NCBI GenBank assembly: GCA_964534305.1
Contig: CAZHPR010000002.1
Coordinates: 27,986 to 91,985, forward strand
DNA from: an uncultured Candidatus Saccharibacteria bacterium
GTDB lineage: Bacteria; Patescibacteriota; Minisyncoccia; Phycocordibacterales; WO2-35-19
DNA: 64,000 nucleotides
Reading direction: 5' to 3'
Shown here: positions 46,350-55,612 of the stretch, one piece after another
How positions within the stretch are numbered: the first letter of the stretch is position 1
Layout: every line of letters starts with the position of its first letter
Notes under the pieces: generated by a model
Seen by the model: only the letters and a program-made list of their open reading frames with translations
Databases searched by the model: none
Told to the model about the DNA's origin: nothing
Program-made: the position numbers and the translations under genes

Positions 46350-47165
46350 TTGCAAATGGAAGATCTCACTAAACATCAACTAATATTGCTCACCCTGCTG
46401 GTAAGCTTTGTGACTTCTATTGCGACAGGCATCATTACTTATACATTGTTGCAGGAAGCTCCAGTTGAGGTAACTCAAACCATCAATCGTGTGGTAGAAA
46501 AGACCATAGAAAGAGTTGTGCCTGAAGAGGGTGGTGGCGGAGAGACCATAAAGGAGGTTACTACAGTTGTAAGTGAAGAAGACTTGGTCCTTGATTCTAT
46601 AGATAAGAATTCAAAATCTATAGTTAGATTAAAGACAGTTGGATTTGATGGTTCGGAGATATTTTCTGGTATAGGCATCGTTGTTTCTGATAGTGGAGTT
46701 ATTGCTGTAGATAGCGACAGCTTTGTCTCCGGTAATTACAGCGCAACTTTTTATGACGGAGCGATCTATAACATTTCAAAAAGCTACAAGGATTCAATTT
46801 CAGGATTTACATTTCTAAAGATAGGCAAGGCGGCAAGCGATACTTACAAGTTTTATCCAGTATCATTCGGTAATCCGAACTCATTAAGACTTGGTCAAAC
46901 TGTTATAGCAATATACGGTAGAGACAGAAACGCCGTCTCTATCGGTAGGGTTTCAGATCTAAAAAAGAATGATAACGGGGCGATAACGCAGATAGGTACT
47001 GATATAAAGTTTTTAAAACAAAACCTGGGAAGTCCGATAGTCAATCTTTCTGGAGATGTTATCGGTATAGAGAAAAAAGAGGATGATGTTTTTGCTCACT
47101 CCTATATCCCAATCATAGATCTGCAAAAATCCATAAAAACAGCCGTTACCGAGCTCTCAAAATAA
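46350..47165 (+). CDS. membrane-anchored trypsin-like (S1C/HtrA-like) peptidase domain protein, catalytic motif degenerate
   Basis: TM helix then a trypsin-like fold. GSPIVNLSGDVIGI sits in place of GNSGGPL, so catalytic competence is uncertain. Confidence 0.45.
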   Translation: MQMEDLTKHQLILLTLLVSFVTSIATGIITYTLLQEAPVEVTQTINRVVEKTIERVVPEEGGGGETIKEVTTVVSEEDLVLDSIDKNSKSIVRLKTVGFDGSEIFSGIGIVVSDSGVIAVDSDSFVSGNYSATFYDGAIYNISKSYKDSISGFTFLKIGKAASDTYKFYPVSFGNPNSLRLGQTVIAIYGRDRNAVSIGRVSDLKKNDNGAITQIGTDIKFLKQNLGSPIVNLSGDVIGIEKKEDDVFAHSYIPIIDLQKSIKTAVTELSK

Positions 47166-47230
47166 TCTTGATTTTGCAATCCAAATAGTGTATAATAATC
47201 GAAGTTATTATTGAAAAATAAAGGTATTTT

Positions 47231-49912
47231 ATGACCCCATTTAATCAATTTACAACAAAAGCAAAGGAAGTGATAAGGAGAGCTCATGAGCTCGTTATTG
47301 AACGTGGCCAAAATCATGTCGGCCCACTACATCTTTTGACCGCTCTTATTTTGCAGGAAGAAAGTATGGTTGCTTCTATTTTAGATCGACTTGAGGTTGA
47401 TACCATATTACTCACAGACTCTTTGCTCGAGGCGATGGAGACTGGTACAACTGGCAGCACAATGTCTCCTTCTTATCAGATATATCTGACTCCAGAGCTG
47501 GCTCACATAATAGACAACTCTTCAAAGGTTGCTTCGTCTATGAATGATGAGTTTGTTTCTACTGAACATCTCTTCCTTTCTTGTCTTGATGTTCCAAGTA
47601 GCGCAAAGGATATGCTTTCTAAATTTAAGATAGAGAAAGAGAAAGTAATGTTTGTGATTCAAGAAATAAAACAGGGCAAGACTGTAGAAAGTAAGCCGGT
47701 AACAAAAAACAAAAACATAATAAAATACACGAGATCACTTACCAAACTAGCAGAAGACAATAAATTAGACCCTGTCGTTGGTAGGGACGATGAGATTTCT
47801 AGAATAATCCAAATTCTTTCAAGGAGGACCAAGAATAATCCTATCCTTATTGGAGAAGCAGGAGTGGGTAAAACCGCGATTGCAGAAGGTCTTGCAATGC
47901 GTATCGCTTCTGGCAACGTACCAGAGTCACTAAAGGGTAAGGAGCTCGTCTCTCTTGATTTGGGACTCCTTGTTGCTGGTACCAAATATAGAGGTGAATT
48001 TGAAGAGAGACTGAAAAATATAATCAAGGAGATAGAAAAGTCAGAGGGTAAAATAATCTTGTTTATTGATGAGATACACACCATCGTCGGTGCGGGCTCT
48101 GCTGAAGGCTCTCTCGATGCTTCAAACATGCTAAAGCCACCTCTTGCTAGAGGCGAACTTCGTGCGATAGGAGCGACAACCCTCAAGGAATATCAAAAGC
48201 ATATTGAGAAAGATCCAGCTCTTACAAGGAGATTTCAACCTGTTATGGTTGCAGAACCTTCGGTTGAGGACGCCATTACAATCCTAAGAGGTCTCAAAGA
48301 AAAATACGAGTTATATCACGGAGTGCATATTACAGATGATGCGATAAAGGCTGCCGTAAACCTCTCGTCTAGGTATATCACCGATAGATTTTTGCCGGAT
48401 AAGGCAGTAGATCTTATTGATGAAGCTGCGAGCCACCTCAAGATTTCTCTAGAAAATATGCCGCCGATACTCCAAGAGACAAATTCAAAAATTGTAAAAC
48501 TTGAAATAGAAAGAGAAGCTCTCAAAAAAGAAAACGGCAAAAATGCAAAAGCCAAAGCCAGACTCAAGGAGATAGAAAAGGAGATTGCTGATCTCAGAGA
48601 AAAAACTTCGGAGATAGATTTGAAGTGGAAGAATGAAAAAGAAACAGTAAATGAAATAAAATCTCTCAAAAAAGAATTGGAAAACGCGCGTCTTGAAGCA
48701 GAGTCTGCTGAGGCTCATGTTGATCTCTCAAGAGCGGCTGAAATAAGATATGGCAAGATTCCAGAACTACAAAAAGATCTTGATACAAATATGAAGAAAC
48801 TCAAAAAGCTTCAGAGTTCAAGACAGATACTTCGAGAAGAGATTACCGAAAATGATATTGCATCCATTGTTGCAAAATGGACAGGTATACCTGTGAGCAG
48901 AATGCTTGAAGAAGAAGCTGGTAAGCTTTTGCGAATGGAAGAAGAACTCAAAAAGAGGATTGTTGGTCAGGATGAAGCCGTACAAAAAATCTCGGACACT
49001 ATAAAGAGAAGTAGAGCTGGTATTGGCGATCCGAACAAGCCGATAGGTTCTTTTATCTTCCTAGGACCTACTGGAGTTGGTAAGACAGAACTTACAAAGG
49101 CCTTGGCTGAATTTATGTTCAATGATGAAAAGGCGCTTATAAGAGTAGATATGTCAGAGTTTATGGAAAAGCACAGCGTCTCAAAGCTTATCGGTGCTCC
49201 TCCTGGTTATGTTGGTTTTGATGACGCTGGTGGTATTACCGAAATGGTAAGACATAGACCGTACTCAATAGTTCTCTTTGATGAGATAGAAAAGGCACAC
49301 CCAGAAGTGTTCAACGTGCTTCTACAAGTATTGGATAATGGTAGACTCACTGACTCAAAGGGTAGAACTGTAAACTTCAAAAACAGCATCATAATAATGA
49401 CCTCAAATATCGGAGCTCAGTTTATAGAAAAGATGGAAAGAATGGGTTTTGGTGAAAGAGGGGAGACAAAAGAATATGAAAATGTGAAGGATAAGGTTTT
49501 GGAAGCCCTCAAGGATTACTTTAGACCTGAGTTTCTAAACAGGGTAGATGATATTGTTGTCTTTGACGTGCTTCCGAAAGAGGCTATTAGGGATATTGTT
49601 AGGATCCAGATTGGTCTTGTGGAAGAGAGGCTCAAGGAAAAGGAGATAGAGCTCGTTGTTTCTAATGAGGCGCTTGATTATCTTGCAAAAGAAGGATACA
49701 ACCCTCAGTACGGTGCAAGACCTCTCAAGAGACTTATCCAAAACAAGATACTCAACAAGGTTGCTTCTCTTATCATCTCAAAGTCTATTGTGAGAGGTGG
49801 TTCTGTTTTGGTTGGGCTTAAAGATAATGATCTCACTTTTGAAGTAAAAAAGGGAAGGAAGGGTTCAATCATTGAAGCAAGTATCTTAGACGTTGGAGTG
49901 CCTACAAACTAA
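47231..49912 (+). CDS. clpB: ATP-dependent chaperone ClpB
   Basis: Clp N-domain, two AAA modules (GEAGVGKTAIAEGLA; GPTGVGKTELTKALA) and the long coiled-coil M-domain between them. Confidence 0.9.
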   Translation: MTPFNQFTTKAKEVIRRAHELVIERGQNHVGPLHLLTALILQEESMVASILDRLEVDTILLTDSLLEAMETGTTGSTMSPSYQIYLTPELAHIIDNSSKVASSMNDEFVSTEHLFLSCLDVPSSAKDMLSKFKIEKEKVMFVIQEIKQGKTVESKPVTKNKNIIKYTRSLTKLAEDNKLDPVVGRDDEISRIIQILSRRTKNNPILIGEAGVGKTAIAEGLAMRIASGNVPESLKGKELVSLDLGLLVAGTKYRGEFEERLKNIIKEIEKSEGKIILFIDEIHTIVGAGSAEGSLDASNMLKPPLARGELRAIGATTLKEYQKHIEKDPALTRRFQPVMVAEPSVEDAITILRGLKEKYELYHGVHITDDAIKAAVNLSSRYITDRFLPDKAVDLIDEAASHLKISLENMPPILQETNSKIVKLEIEREALKKENGKNAKAKARLKEIEKEIADLREKTSEIDLKWKNEKETVNEIKSLKKELENARLEAESAEAHVDLSRAAEIRYGKIPELQKDLDTNMKKLKKLQSSRQILREEITENDIASIVAKWTGIPVSRMLEEEAGKLLRMEEELKKRIVGQDEAVQKISDTIKRSRAGIGDPNKPIGSFIFLGPTGVGKTELTKALAEFMFNDEKALIRVDMSEFMEKHSVSKLIGAPPGYVGFDDAGGITEMVRHRPYSIVLFDEIEKAHPEVFNVLLQVLDNGRLTDSKGRTVNFKNSIIIMTSNIGAQFIEKMERMGFGERGETKEYENVKDKVLEALKDYFRPEFLNRVDDIVVFDVLPKEAIRDIVRIQIGLVEERLKEKEIELVVSNEALDYLAKEGYNPQYGARPLKRLIQNKILNKVASLIISKSIVRGGSVLVGLKDNDLTFEVKKGRKGSIIEASILDVGVPTN

Positions 49913-49936
49913 GAATAAGGAGGTAAAAGCAAAATT

Positions 49937-49959
49937 AAAACAGGCTTTACGCCTGTTTT
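49937..49959 (+). terminator. intrinsic terminator after clpB (aaaacaggctttacgcctgtttt)
   Basis: Seen directly. Confidence 0.7.
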
Positions 49960-49971
49960 AATTTTGCCCTG

Positions 49972-50053
49972 TGCGCCGAGAGGGACTCGCACCCCCGAAG
50001 GCCGAAGCCGCGAGATTTACAGTCTCGTGTAATTGCTACTATACGATCGGCGC
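49972..50053 (-). tRNA. tRNA-Tyr (GUA), type II
   Basis: Acceptor GCGCCGA/TCGGCGC, anticodon loop CTGTAAA, long variable arm CGGCTTCGGCC. The T-loop is atypical (TGCGAGT), so the call is moderately confident. Confidence 0.6.
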
Positions 50054-50156
50054 ATTTTATTAGGACAAAAAGATTTTAGCAGATTTCTCTCAATTTTTCA
50101 AAAATTGCTTATTTTGTTATAAGTAGTATAAATAAAAATAGAAAGGTGGGTTTAGC

Positions 50157-50450
50157 ATGATTCTTTTTAGTAACACCGAGCAGGATTGGCCGGAAGCTGT
50201 AAGAAACGTTTATTTTGCCCGTGTTCTGGGCTTTGATGGGCAGCGTCCGTACAAAGATGTTTATCCGTGGTTTGATGAAGAGATTGAATTCATCAGACGA
50301 CGTTTCGGTCACAAACTCACTGGTGATGAGTGTAAAAAGATCTTGACCCAGATGATCAGTGACGGTCTGCTTACTCATGAAGGCGGTATACTGAAGATCA
50401 CCGAACTCGGTCGTGAGAAAGCTAGAGAATATATCACGGTCTTGAGTTGA
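50157..50450 (+). CDS. hypothetical protein
   Basis: GGTGGG RBS and moderately elevated GC. No recognised domain. Confidence 0.35.
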   Translation: MILFSNTEQDWPEAVRNVYFARVLGFDGQRPYKDVYPWFDEEIEFIRRRFGHKLTGDECKKILTQMISDGLLTHEGGILKITELGREKAREYITVLS

Positions 50451-50529
50451 CGACAACGACATGAAAGGTCGGCGTAATCAGTCGCTGACCTTTTATCTTT
50501 GTGTTATATTTAAAAAAGGAAAGGGGACT

Positions 50530-50643
50530 ATGAAGTTATCTTTTGTTATTTTCGTTTTGATTATCGTGGCTATCGGATGCACAGCTATTTCATCAAGCAA
50601 GAAACCAAAAAGCTGGTCGCAAGACACGGAGTCAAAGAAATAA
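50530..50643 (+). CDS. small putative lipoprotein (37 aa)
   Basis: MKLSFVIFVLIIVAIGCTAISS carries a lipobox-like AIGC. A GGAAAGGGGA RBS precedes it. Internal start of ORF-track 50461..50643. Confidence 0.3.
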   Translation: MKLSFVIFVLIIVAIGCTAISSSKKPKSWSQDTESKK

Positions 50644-50703
50644 GTAGTGGTTTGTAAAAACTGTAGTAGCTCGGGATGCACAAGTTGCGCCCGGGTTTGT
50701 TTT

Positions 50704-52011
50704 TTATAAAAGTTTCTTGGTCCAGGTGTAGATATTGCCGGCGCCCATAAGGACGACGCAGAGAGGTTTGCCCGCCTGCACTGATGGGTCTGTTTTTATA
50801 TTTTCTAATTTTTGTTTCAATTCCTCAACGTTTTCTACCGTTTCTGCGAGCTCTTTGTTGCTGTTTTTGTTTATAGCGTCGCTAAGTAGGGTGTTTGTGA
50901 TAGTCGGGTCAAACTCTTCTCTTACTGTAAGTATGGGGGCGAGGTAGACTTTGTCTGAGAGAGATAGGGCTTGTATAAAGTCATTGAACAAAAGTTTTGT
51001 TCTACTCTGCTGGTGAGCCTCAAAGACACAGACTATTTCTCTCTCTGGATACTTTTGTTTGAGTGCAAGGAGAGAAGCTCTTATCTCTGTTGGGTGATGA
51101 GCGTAGTCGTCGTAGTACACTGTATTATCCTTCTCGCCTTTGTATTCAAGTCTCCTCCAGGTGCCGTGGAAACTTTTTATGTACTCAAAACACTTTTCTT
51201 TTTCTACTCCAAGAGATTCTAGTGTTTTGATTGCGGCCTTTGCATTATCTTGATTGTGTTCTCCTGGTAATTTTATTTCCAGATTTTCTTTTATATCTTT
51301 ATAGTTTATTACTTTTGCTTTTGCTTCCATCAAACAGTCTTGTATATTTTGGCTTTCTAAGTCAGTTATGATAAATCCATCCTCTGGCACCTTGTTTGCT
51401 ATTTCTCTAAAAGCATTTTTTATATCCTCAAGGTCTTTGTAATAATCAAGATGGTCTGCCTCAATGTTTGTTATCACAAGTATTTGGGGTGAGAGGTTTA
51501 GGAAAGATCTTTTGTATTCACAAGCCTCCACAACAAGATAGTTGCTTTTGCCGGATAAGAAGTTGCTATTTTTGCCGTTTAGTTTTGATCCGATTATTAC
51601 TGTCGGATCTAGTCCGGCTTCTTTCATAATATGCGAGATCATGCCGGTCGTTGTTGTCTTACCGTGAGTTCCAGAGATTGCGACTGTATACATCTCTTTT
51701 GAAATCTCACCAAGTGCTTCTGGATAGGTTTTGCATACAATACCTCTATTTCTCGCTTCCAAGAGTTCTGGATTATTCTCTGGTATTGCAATCGTGTATA
51801 TAACCATCTCAGTATCTTCTTTTATATTTTCAGCTTTTTGTCCGATGTTTATTTTTATACCTGTTTTTTCTAGGTCTTCTGTTATCTCAGATTTGCTTGA
51901 GTCTGATCCGGACACATTTTTGCCCTTTTCTTTGAGCATTCTGGCGATAGCAGAAACGCCAATTCCACCTATTCCTATAAAATAATAATTTTGGTAATCA
52001 AATAATTTCAT
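50704..52011 (-). CDS. murC: UDP-N-acetylmuramate--L-alanine ligase
   Basis: YFIGIGGIGVSAIA, GTHGKTTTT and DDYAHHPTEI. Confidence 0.9.
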   Translation of the reverse strand: MKLFDYQNYYFIGIGGIGVSAIARMLKEKGKNVSGSDSSKSEITEDLEKTGIKINIGQKAENIKEDTEMVIYTIAIPENNPELLEARNRGIVCKTYPEALGEISKEMYTVAISGTHGKTTTTGMISHIMKEAGLDPTVIIGSKLNGKNSNFLSGKSNYLVVEACEYKRSFLNLSPQILVITNIEADHLDYYKDLEDIKNAFREIANKVPEDGFIITDLESQNIQDCLMEAKAKVINYKDIKENLEIKLPGEHNQDNAKAAIKTLESLGVEKEKCFEYIKSFHGTWRRLEYKGEKDNTVYYDDYAHHPTEIRASLLALKQKYPEREIVCVFEAHQQSRTKLLFNDFIQALSLSDKVYLAPILTVREEFDPTITNTLLSDAINKNSNKELAETVENVEELKQKLENIKTDPSVQAGKPLCVVLMGAGNIYTWTKKLL

Positions 52012-52060
52012 TGTTTGATTATCTCATATATGGTATAAAAAAGCAGGAAGGAGGTGCTTC

Positions 52061-52252
52061 TTGCGCCAAAGGAATAGACGTTTTTTGATTGGAAGGATCA
52101 TCCGTTGTTTTGAGAGGAAACAGCGGTTGCCCCGTAGACTTTCGTTGCTGCCGCCGTCTCTCATCGAAGAAATGATCGACGGAGTGCCTGAGAATAAGGG
52201 GGGTGTAATCAATGCACTCAGGGATATTTTGAGAGCGCAAGGGGTGTTATGA
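52061..52252 (+). CDS. hypothetical small basic protein, coupled (ATGA) to the downstream dipeptidase gene
   Basis: 63-aa ORF, GC-rich. Its stop overlaps the next start. Confidence 0.3.
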   Translation: MRQRNRRFLIGRIIRCFERKQRLPRRLSLLPPSLIEEMIDGVPENKGGVINALRDILRAQGVL

Positions 52253-52977
52253 TCTACCATCCCTACATGGATGTTAAGATACCAGACCTTTCGTACCTAA
52301 GGGCGCGGAAGGATGGGTATAAGTCTGTGCCGATAAGACCTGTTGCAGAGGAGTGTGTTGTTGTAAATGACAGATTCTTGTGCAGAAGCTACTATTGGCA
52401 TTATGACCCCAGGCCTCCTGGCGCGATGGAGGAGATCCTGCTCAGAACTTCTGTTGTGGAGAAGCTTCTCAGGATTGAGAGGCAGTTACTACCACTTGGT
52501 CTGAGACTTATCATTCAGGAGGGTTACAGGCCAATTTCTGTGCAAGATTTTGTGCAGGGTTACTCTGTCACTAAACAGCTCAGGAAAGAAAACCCCAATT
52601 TAAGTGATGGGCAGATTGTTGAGCTCGCAAAGCAATTTGCAGCTTCAGCTAACGGCAACGTACAGACTTCTCCTCCGCCACATCTGACTGGCGGTGCAGT
52701 TGATCTGAATTTGGTTTATATCGATAGCTACGAGCAAGTCAATATGGCCAAAAAACTCGGTCTTTTTAGTACCGCGTATCCCGATTCTCTCGAAAGCATG
52801 GACGCTGAGGGGATTGAGGAGGCGCGCAGGTTCAGAAGGCTCCTTTACTGGATGCTCTTTTATGAGAACATGGTCACCAACCCGACAGAGTGGTGGCATG
52901 CCTCATGCGGCGATCAACTATGGGCCTCGGTCAAGTGTAGGCCTTATGCTCACTTTGGTCCTGCGAGGTTCGATTGA
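52249..52977 (+). CDS. peptidase M15 family D-Ala-D-Ala dipeptidase-like protein (VanX/DdpX-like)
   Basis: PPPHLTGGAVDL (H..G.AVD) and PTEWWHAS (EWWH) are the zinc-ligand motifs of VanX-type dipeptidases. GC is ~50%. Confidence 0.6.
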   Translation: MIYHPYMDVKIPDLSYLRARKDGYKSVPIRPVAEECVVVNDRFLCRSYYWHYDPRPPGAMEEILLRTSVVEKLLRIERQLLPLGLRLIIQEGYRPISVQDFVQGYSVTKQLRKENPNLSDGQIVELAKQFAASANGNVQTSPPPHLTGGAVDLNLVYIDSYEQVNMAKKLGLFSTAYPDSLESMDAEGIEEARRFRRLLYWMLFYENMVTNPTEWWHASCGDQLWASVKCRPYAHFGPARFD

Positions 52978-53021
52978 GCGGGCTCTAGAGATGGAGCCCG
53001 CTTTCTAATTTATGTTATTAT

Positions 53022-54368
53022 ATGCAAATGCAAATAAAAGGTAAAAAAGTGCTTCTTATGGGGCTTGGTATATTAGGTGGTGGGGTTGCAACAGCAGAAT
53101 GGCTCTTGGAACAAGGAGCAGCTTTGACTATAACAGACATGAAGGACGCAGAGGCACTCAAGGTTTCTTTGGAAAAATTAGATAAACATAAAAAAAATAT
53201 AAAATTTGTACTTGGAGAACACAGAGAAGAAGATTTTTTGAATAATGAAATAATTGTAGTAAATCCAGATGTACCGATAGATAACAAGTTTGTAAAATTT
53301 GCAAAAGAGAATGGCAAGGTTATAGAAAATGAGCTAAGTCTTTTTTATAAACTTTGTAATACTATAAACACAGTGGGTATAACAGGTACGAGAGGTAAGA
53401 CGACCACCGTCAATTGGACCGCCCATCTTTTGGAAGCGCCTATCGTTGGTAACTCTCCAGATAATCCATTTTTGGGGGATCGGGTTTCCCAAAACCTTGA
53501 AAGATTAGTGCTAGAAATACCCTCTTTTCAACTTGAACTTGTGGGAGAGTATACAGATAGTTTGGATTACAAGCTCTCTCCTCACGTTGCCGTTATTACA
53601 AACCTGTACAGAGATCATATAAACAGACACAAGACTATGGAGGGCTATGCGCTTGCAAAAGCAAATATATTTAAATATCAAGATGAAAACGACTATCTTA
53701 TTTTAAACAAAGATAATGAATGGACGGATTTTTTCTTGCAGCAAAAACCAAAGTCAAAAGTAATCTTGTTTTCCAAAGAAGATAATTTTGATTTTTTGGA
53801 TAAAGATAATTTTGTTGCAAAGTGGGGAGAACACAATCTTGCAAACCTTGTTGTCGCGATACGGGTAGCAAAGATTTTTGGTATTGCTGATGACAAGATA
53901 AAGGAGAGGATAGAAACCTTGCCGCAGATAAAATTTAGGCAAGAAAAAGTTTTTGATAATGGAGAAATTGAAATATATAATGATACCTCAGCAACTTCTC
54001 CAGAAGCTACAATCGCCGCAGTAGAAAGGTTTAAAGTTTCTGAAAATTTGATACTTATATCTGGTGGTACAGATAAAGAATTAGAATTTGATGGTTTTGC
54101 AAAGGAGATCAGGAATATGATCAAGCCAGAAAATATGATACTACTTTCTGGTAGCGCGACAGAAAAGATGAAAAAAGAATTAAATCTTGATTCTTATAAT
54201 GAATTCGATACCCTTGAAGACTGTGTCAAAAAAGCTCTTGATTTGGCAAAAAGCTTGATAGGCAAAAAGGTTATACTGTTTTCTCCTGCTTCAAAAAGTT
54301 TTGAGAAGTTTAAAAATGAGTTTGACAGGGGAGAGAAGTTTAATGTTATAGTTAAAGAATTGATATGA
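53022..54368 (+). CDS. murD: UDP-N-acetylmuramoylalanine--D-glutamate ligase
   Basis: KKVLLMGLGILGGGVATAEWLLEQGA (N-terminal Rossmann), VGITGTRGKTTT, and Mur ligase C-terminal blocks. Confidence 0.85.
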   Translation: MQMQIKGKKVLLMGLGILGGGVATAEWLLEQGAALTITDMKDAEALKVSLEKLDKHKKNIKFVLGEHREEDFLNNEIIVVNPDVPIDNKFVKFAKENGKVIENELSLFYKLCNTINTVGITGTRGKTTTVNWTAHLLEAPIVGNSPDNPFLGDRVSQNLERLVLEIPSFQLELVGEYTDSLDYKLSPHVAVITNLYRDHINRHKTMEGYALAKANIFKYQDENDYLILNKDNEWTDFFLQQKPKSKVILFSKEDNFDFLDKDNFVAKWGEHNLANLVVAIRVAKIFGIADDKIKERIETLPQIKFRQEKVFDNGEIEIYNDTSATSPEATIAAVERFKVSENLILISGGTDKELEFDGFAKEIRNMIKPENMILLSGSATEKMKKELNLDSYNEFDTLEDCVKKALDLAKSLIGKKVILFSPASKSFEKFKNEFDRGEKFNVIVKELI

Positions 54369-55213
54369 ATCCATATTGTTTTCTAAATGGACAAATATTG
54401 CCACTGAGTGAGGCAAAGGTTTCTATAAACGATATTGGGCTTTTGAGAGGCTTTGGTATCTACGATGGGCTTGCGGTTTTTAGCGGTAAGCCGTTTAGGT
54501 TTGCTGATCACTTCAAAAGATTTTTAGATGGAGCTCATGCTTTGAATCTAAACGTACCTATCACAGAAGAAAAAGCCGAAAAGGTCATAATAGAAATAGC
54601 TGAGAAGTCTGACCTAGCTTCCCCGGGCAGTAGGGCTAATGTAAGGATGATACTTACAGGAGGAGAGACAATAGGGGGCATAGAGTATGATTTTGATAAA
54701 CCAACATTTTATATAATTATAGAAAAGTTTGAACCACTACCAAAAGAACTCTATGAAAAGGGTAGTAAGCTCATTACTTATAGGTATAAAAGAGAGTTGC
54801 CAGAGCACAAGACAATAAACTATATAACCGCGGTAAATTTGCAGAATTACAAAAAGGATCAGGGCGCGGTAGAAATACTTTATGTCTATGATGGAGAAGT
54901 TTTGGAATGTAGCACCAGCAATATTTTTTTGGTAAAGGACAACAAACTCATTACTCCACTCGATGGCGTCTTAGAAGGTATTACAAAGAAGGTTGTACTA
55001 GAGATCGCAAAGCAAGAGGGGATAGAAATAGAAGAGAGGGTTGTTTATGAGGAGGAGCTTGGTACGTCAGATGAAGTTTTTATCACCTCTTCCTTTAAGG
55101 ATCTGGTGCCGATTGTAAAGGTTGATGATTTTGTTGTTGGGAATGAAAATATCGGTGAGATGACAAAGAAGCTAATGCTCAAATTTGAGCAATATATTGC
55201 AAATTTTTCCTAA
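54365..55213 (+). CDS. class IV (D-amino acid / branched-chain) aminotransferase
   Basis: ~280 aa with the fold-type IV layout. It lies next to murD, so a D-Ala/D-Glu aminotransferase is plausible. Confidence 0.55.
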   Translation: MNPYCFLNGQILPLSEAKVSINDIGLLRGFGIYDGLAVFSGKPFRFADHFKRFLDGAHALNLNVPITEEKAEKVIIEIAEKSDLASPGSRANVRMILTGGETIGGIEYDFDKPTFYIIIEKFEPLPKELYEKGSKLITYRYKRELPEHKTINYITAVNLQNYKKDQGAVEILYVYDGEVLECSTSNIFLVKDNKLITPLDGVLEGITKKVVLEIAKQEGIEIEERVVYEEELGTSDEVFITSSFKDLVPIVKVDDFVVGNENIGEMTKKLMLKFEQYIANFS

Positions 55214-55279
55214 TGTGTTAGTATTGTTTTGCTTACAACTTTTGTAACAATTCGTTAATTAATTCGTTATTTTGTATTT

Positions 55280-55435
55280 ATGTCACAAGATCAGCTTATA
55301 AAACTAGTACACAAAGACACTGGAGAGGTGTATTGGACACGCAAAAATAAGCGCAAAGTAGAGCGCAAAATCGAGCTAAAGAAGTACTCAAAGAAGCTCA
55401 AGAAAAGGGTGGTTTTTAAGGAAGCGAAGAAATAA
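55280..55435 (+). CDS. rpmG: 50S ribosomal protein bL33 (51 aa; missing from the ORF track)
   Basis: MSQDQLIKLVHKDTGEVYWTRKNKRKVERKIELKKYSKKLKKRVVFKEAKK matches the bL33 C-terminal pattern Y.T.KNKR....LELKKY...KH..HKE.K. Confidence 0.7.
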   Translation: MSQDQLIKLVHKDTGEVYWTRKNKRKVERKIELKKYSKKLKKRVVFKEAKK

Positions 55436-55535
55436 TTGCTTTGCAATTATTTCAGTAGCTAGTAGCAAGAATCCAGTATCGAGGTAGTAACAAAAATTCG
55501 CCAAAACGGCGAATTTTTGTTAAGTTATAACACAA

Positions 55536-55606
55536 GGGTGATTAGTTAAATGGTATAACAGCGGTCTCCAAAACCGCGGTTGGGGGTCCGATTCCTCCAT
55601 CACCCG
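55536..55606 (+). tRNA. tRNA-Trp (CCA)
   Basis: Acceptor GGGTGAT/ATCACCC, anticodon loop CTCCAAA, T-arm GGGGGTCCGATTCCTCC. Confidence 0.8.
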
Positions 55607-55612
55607 CAAAAA

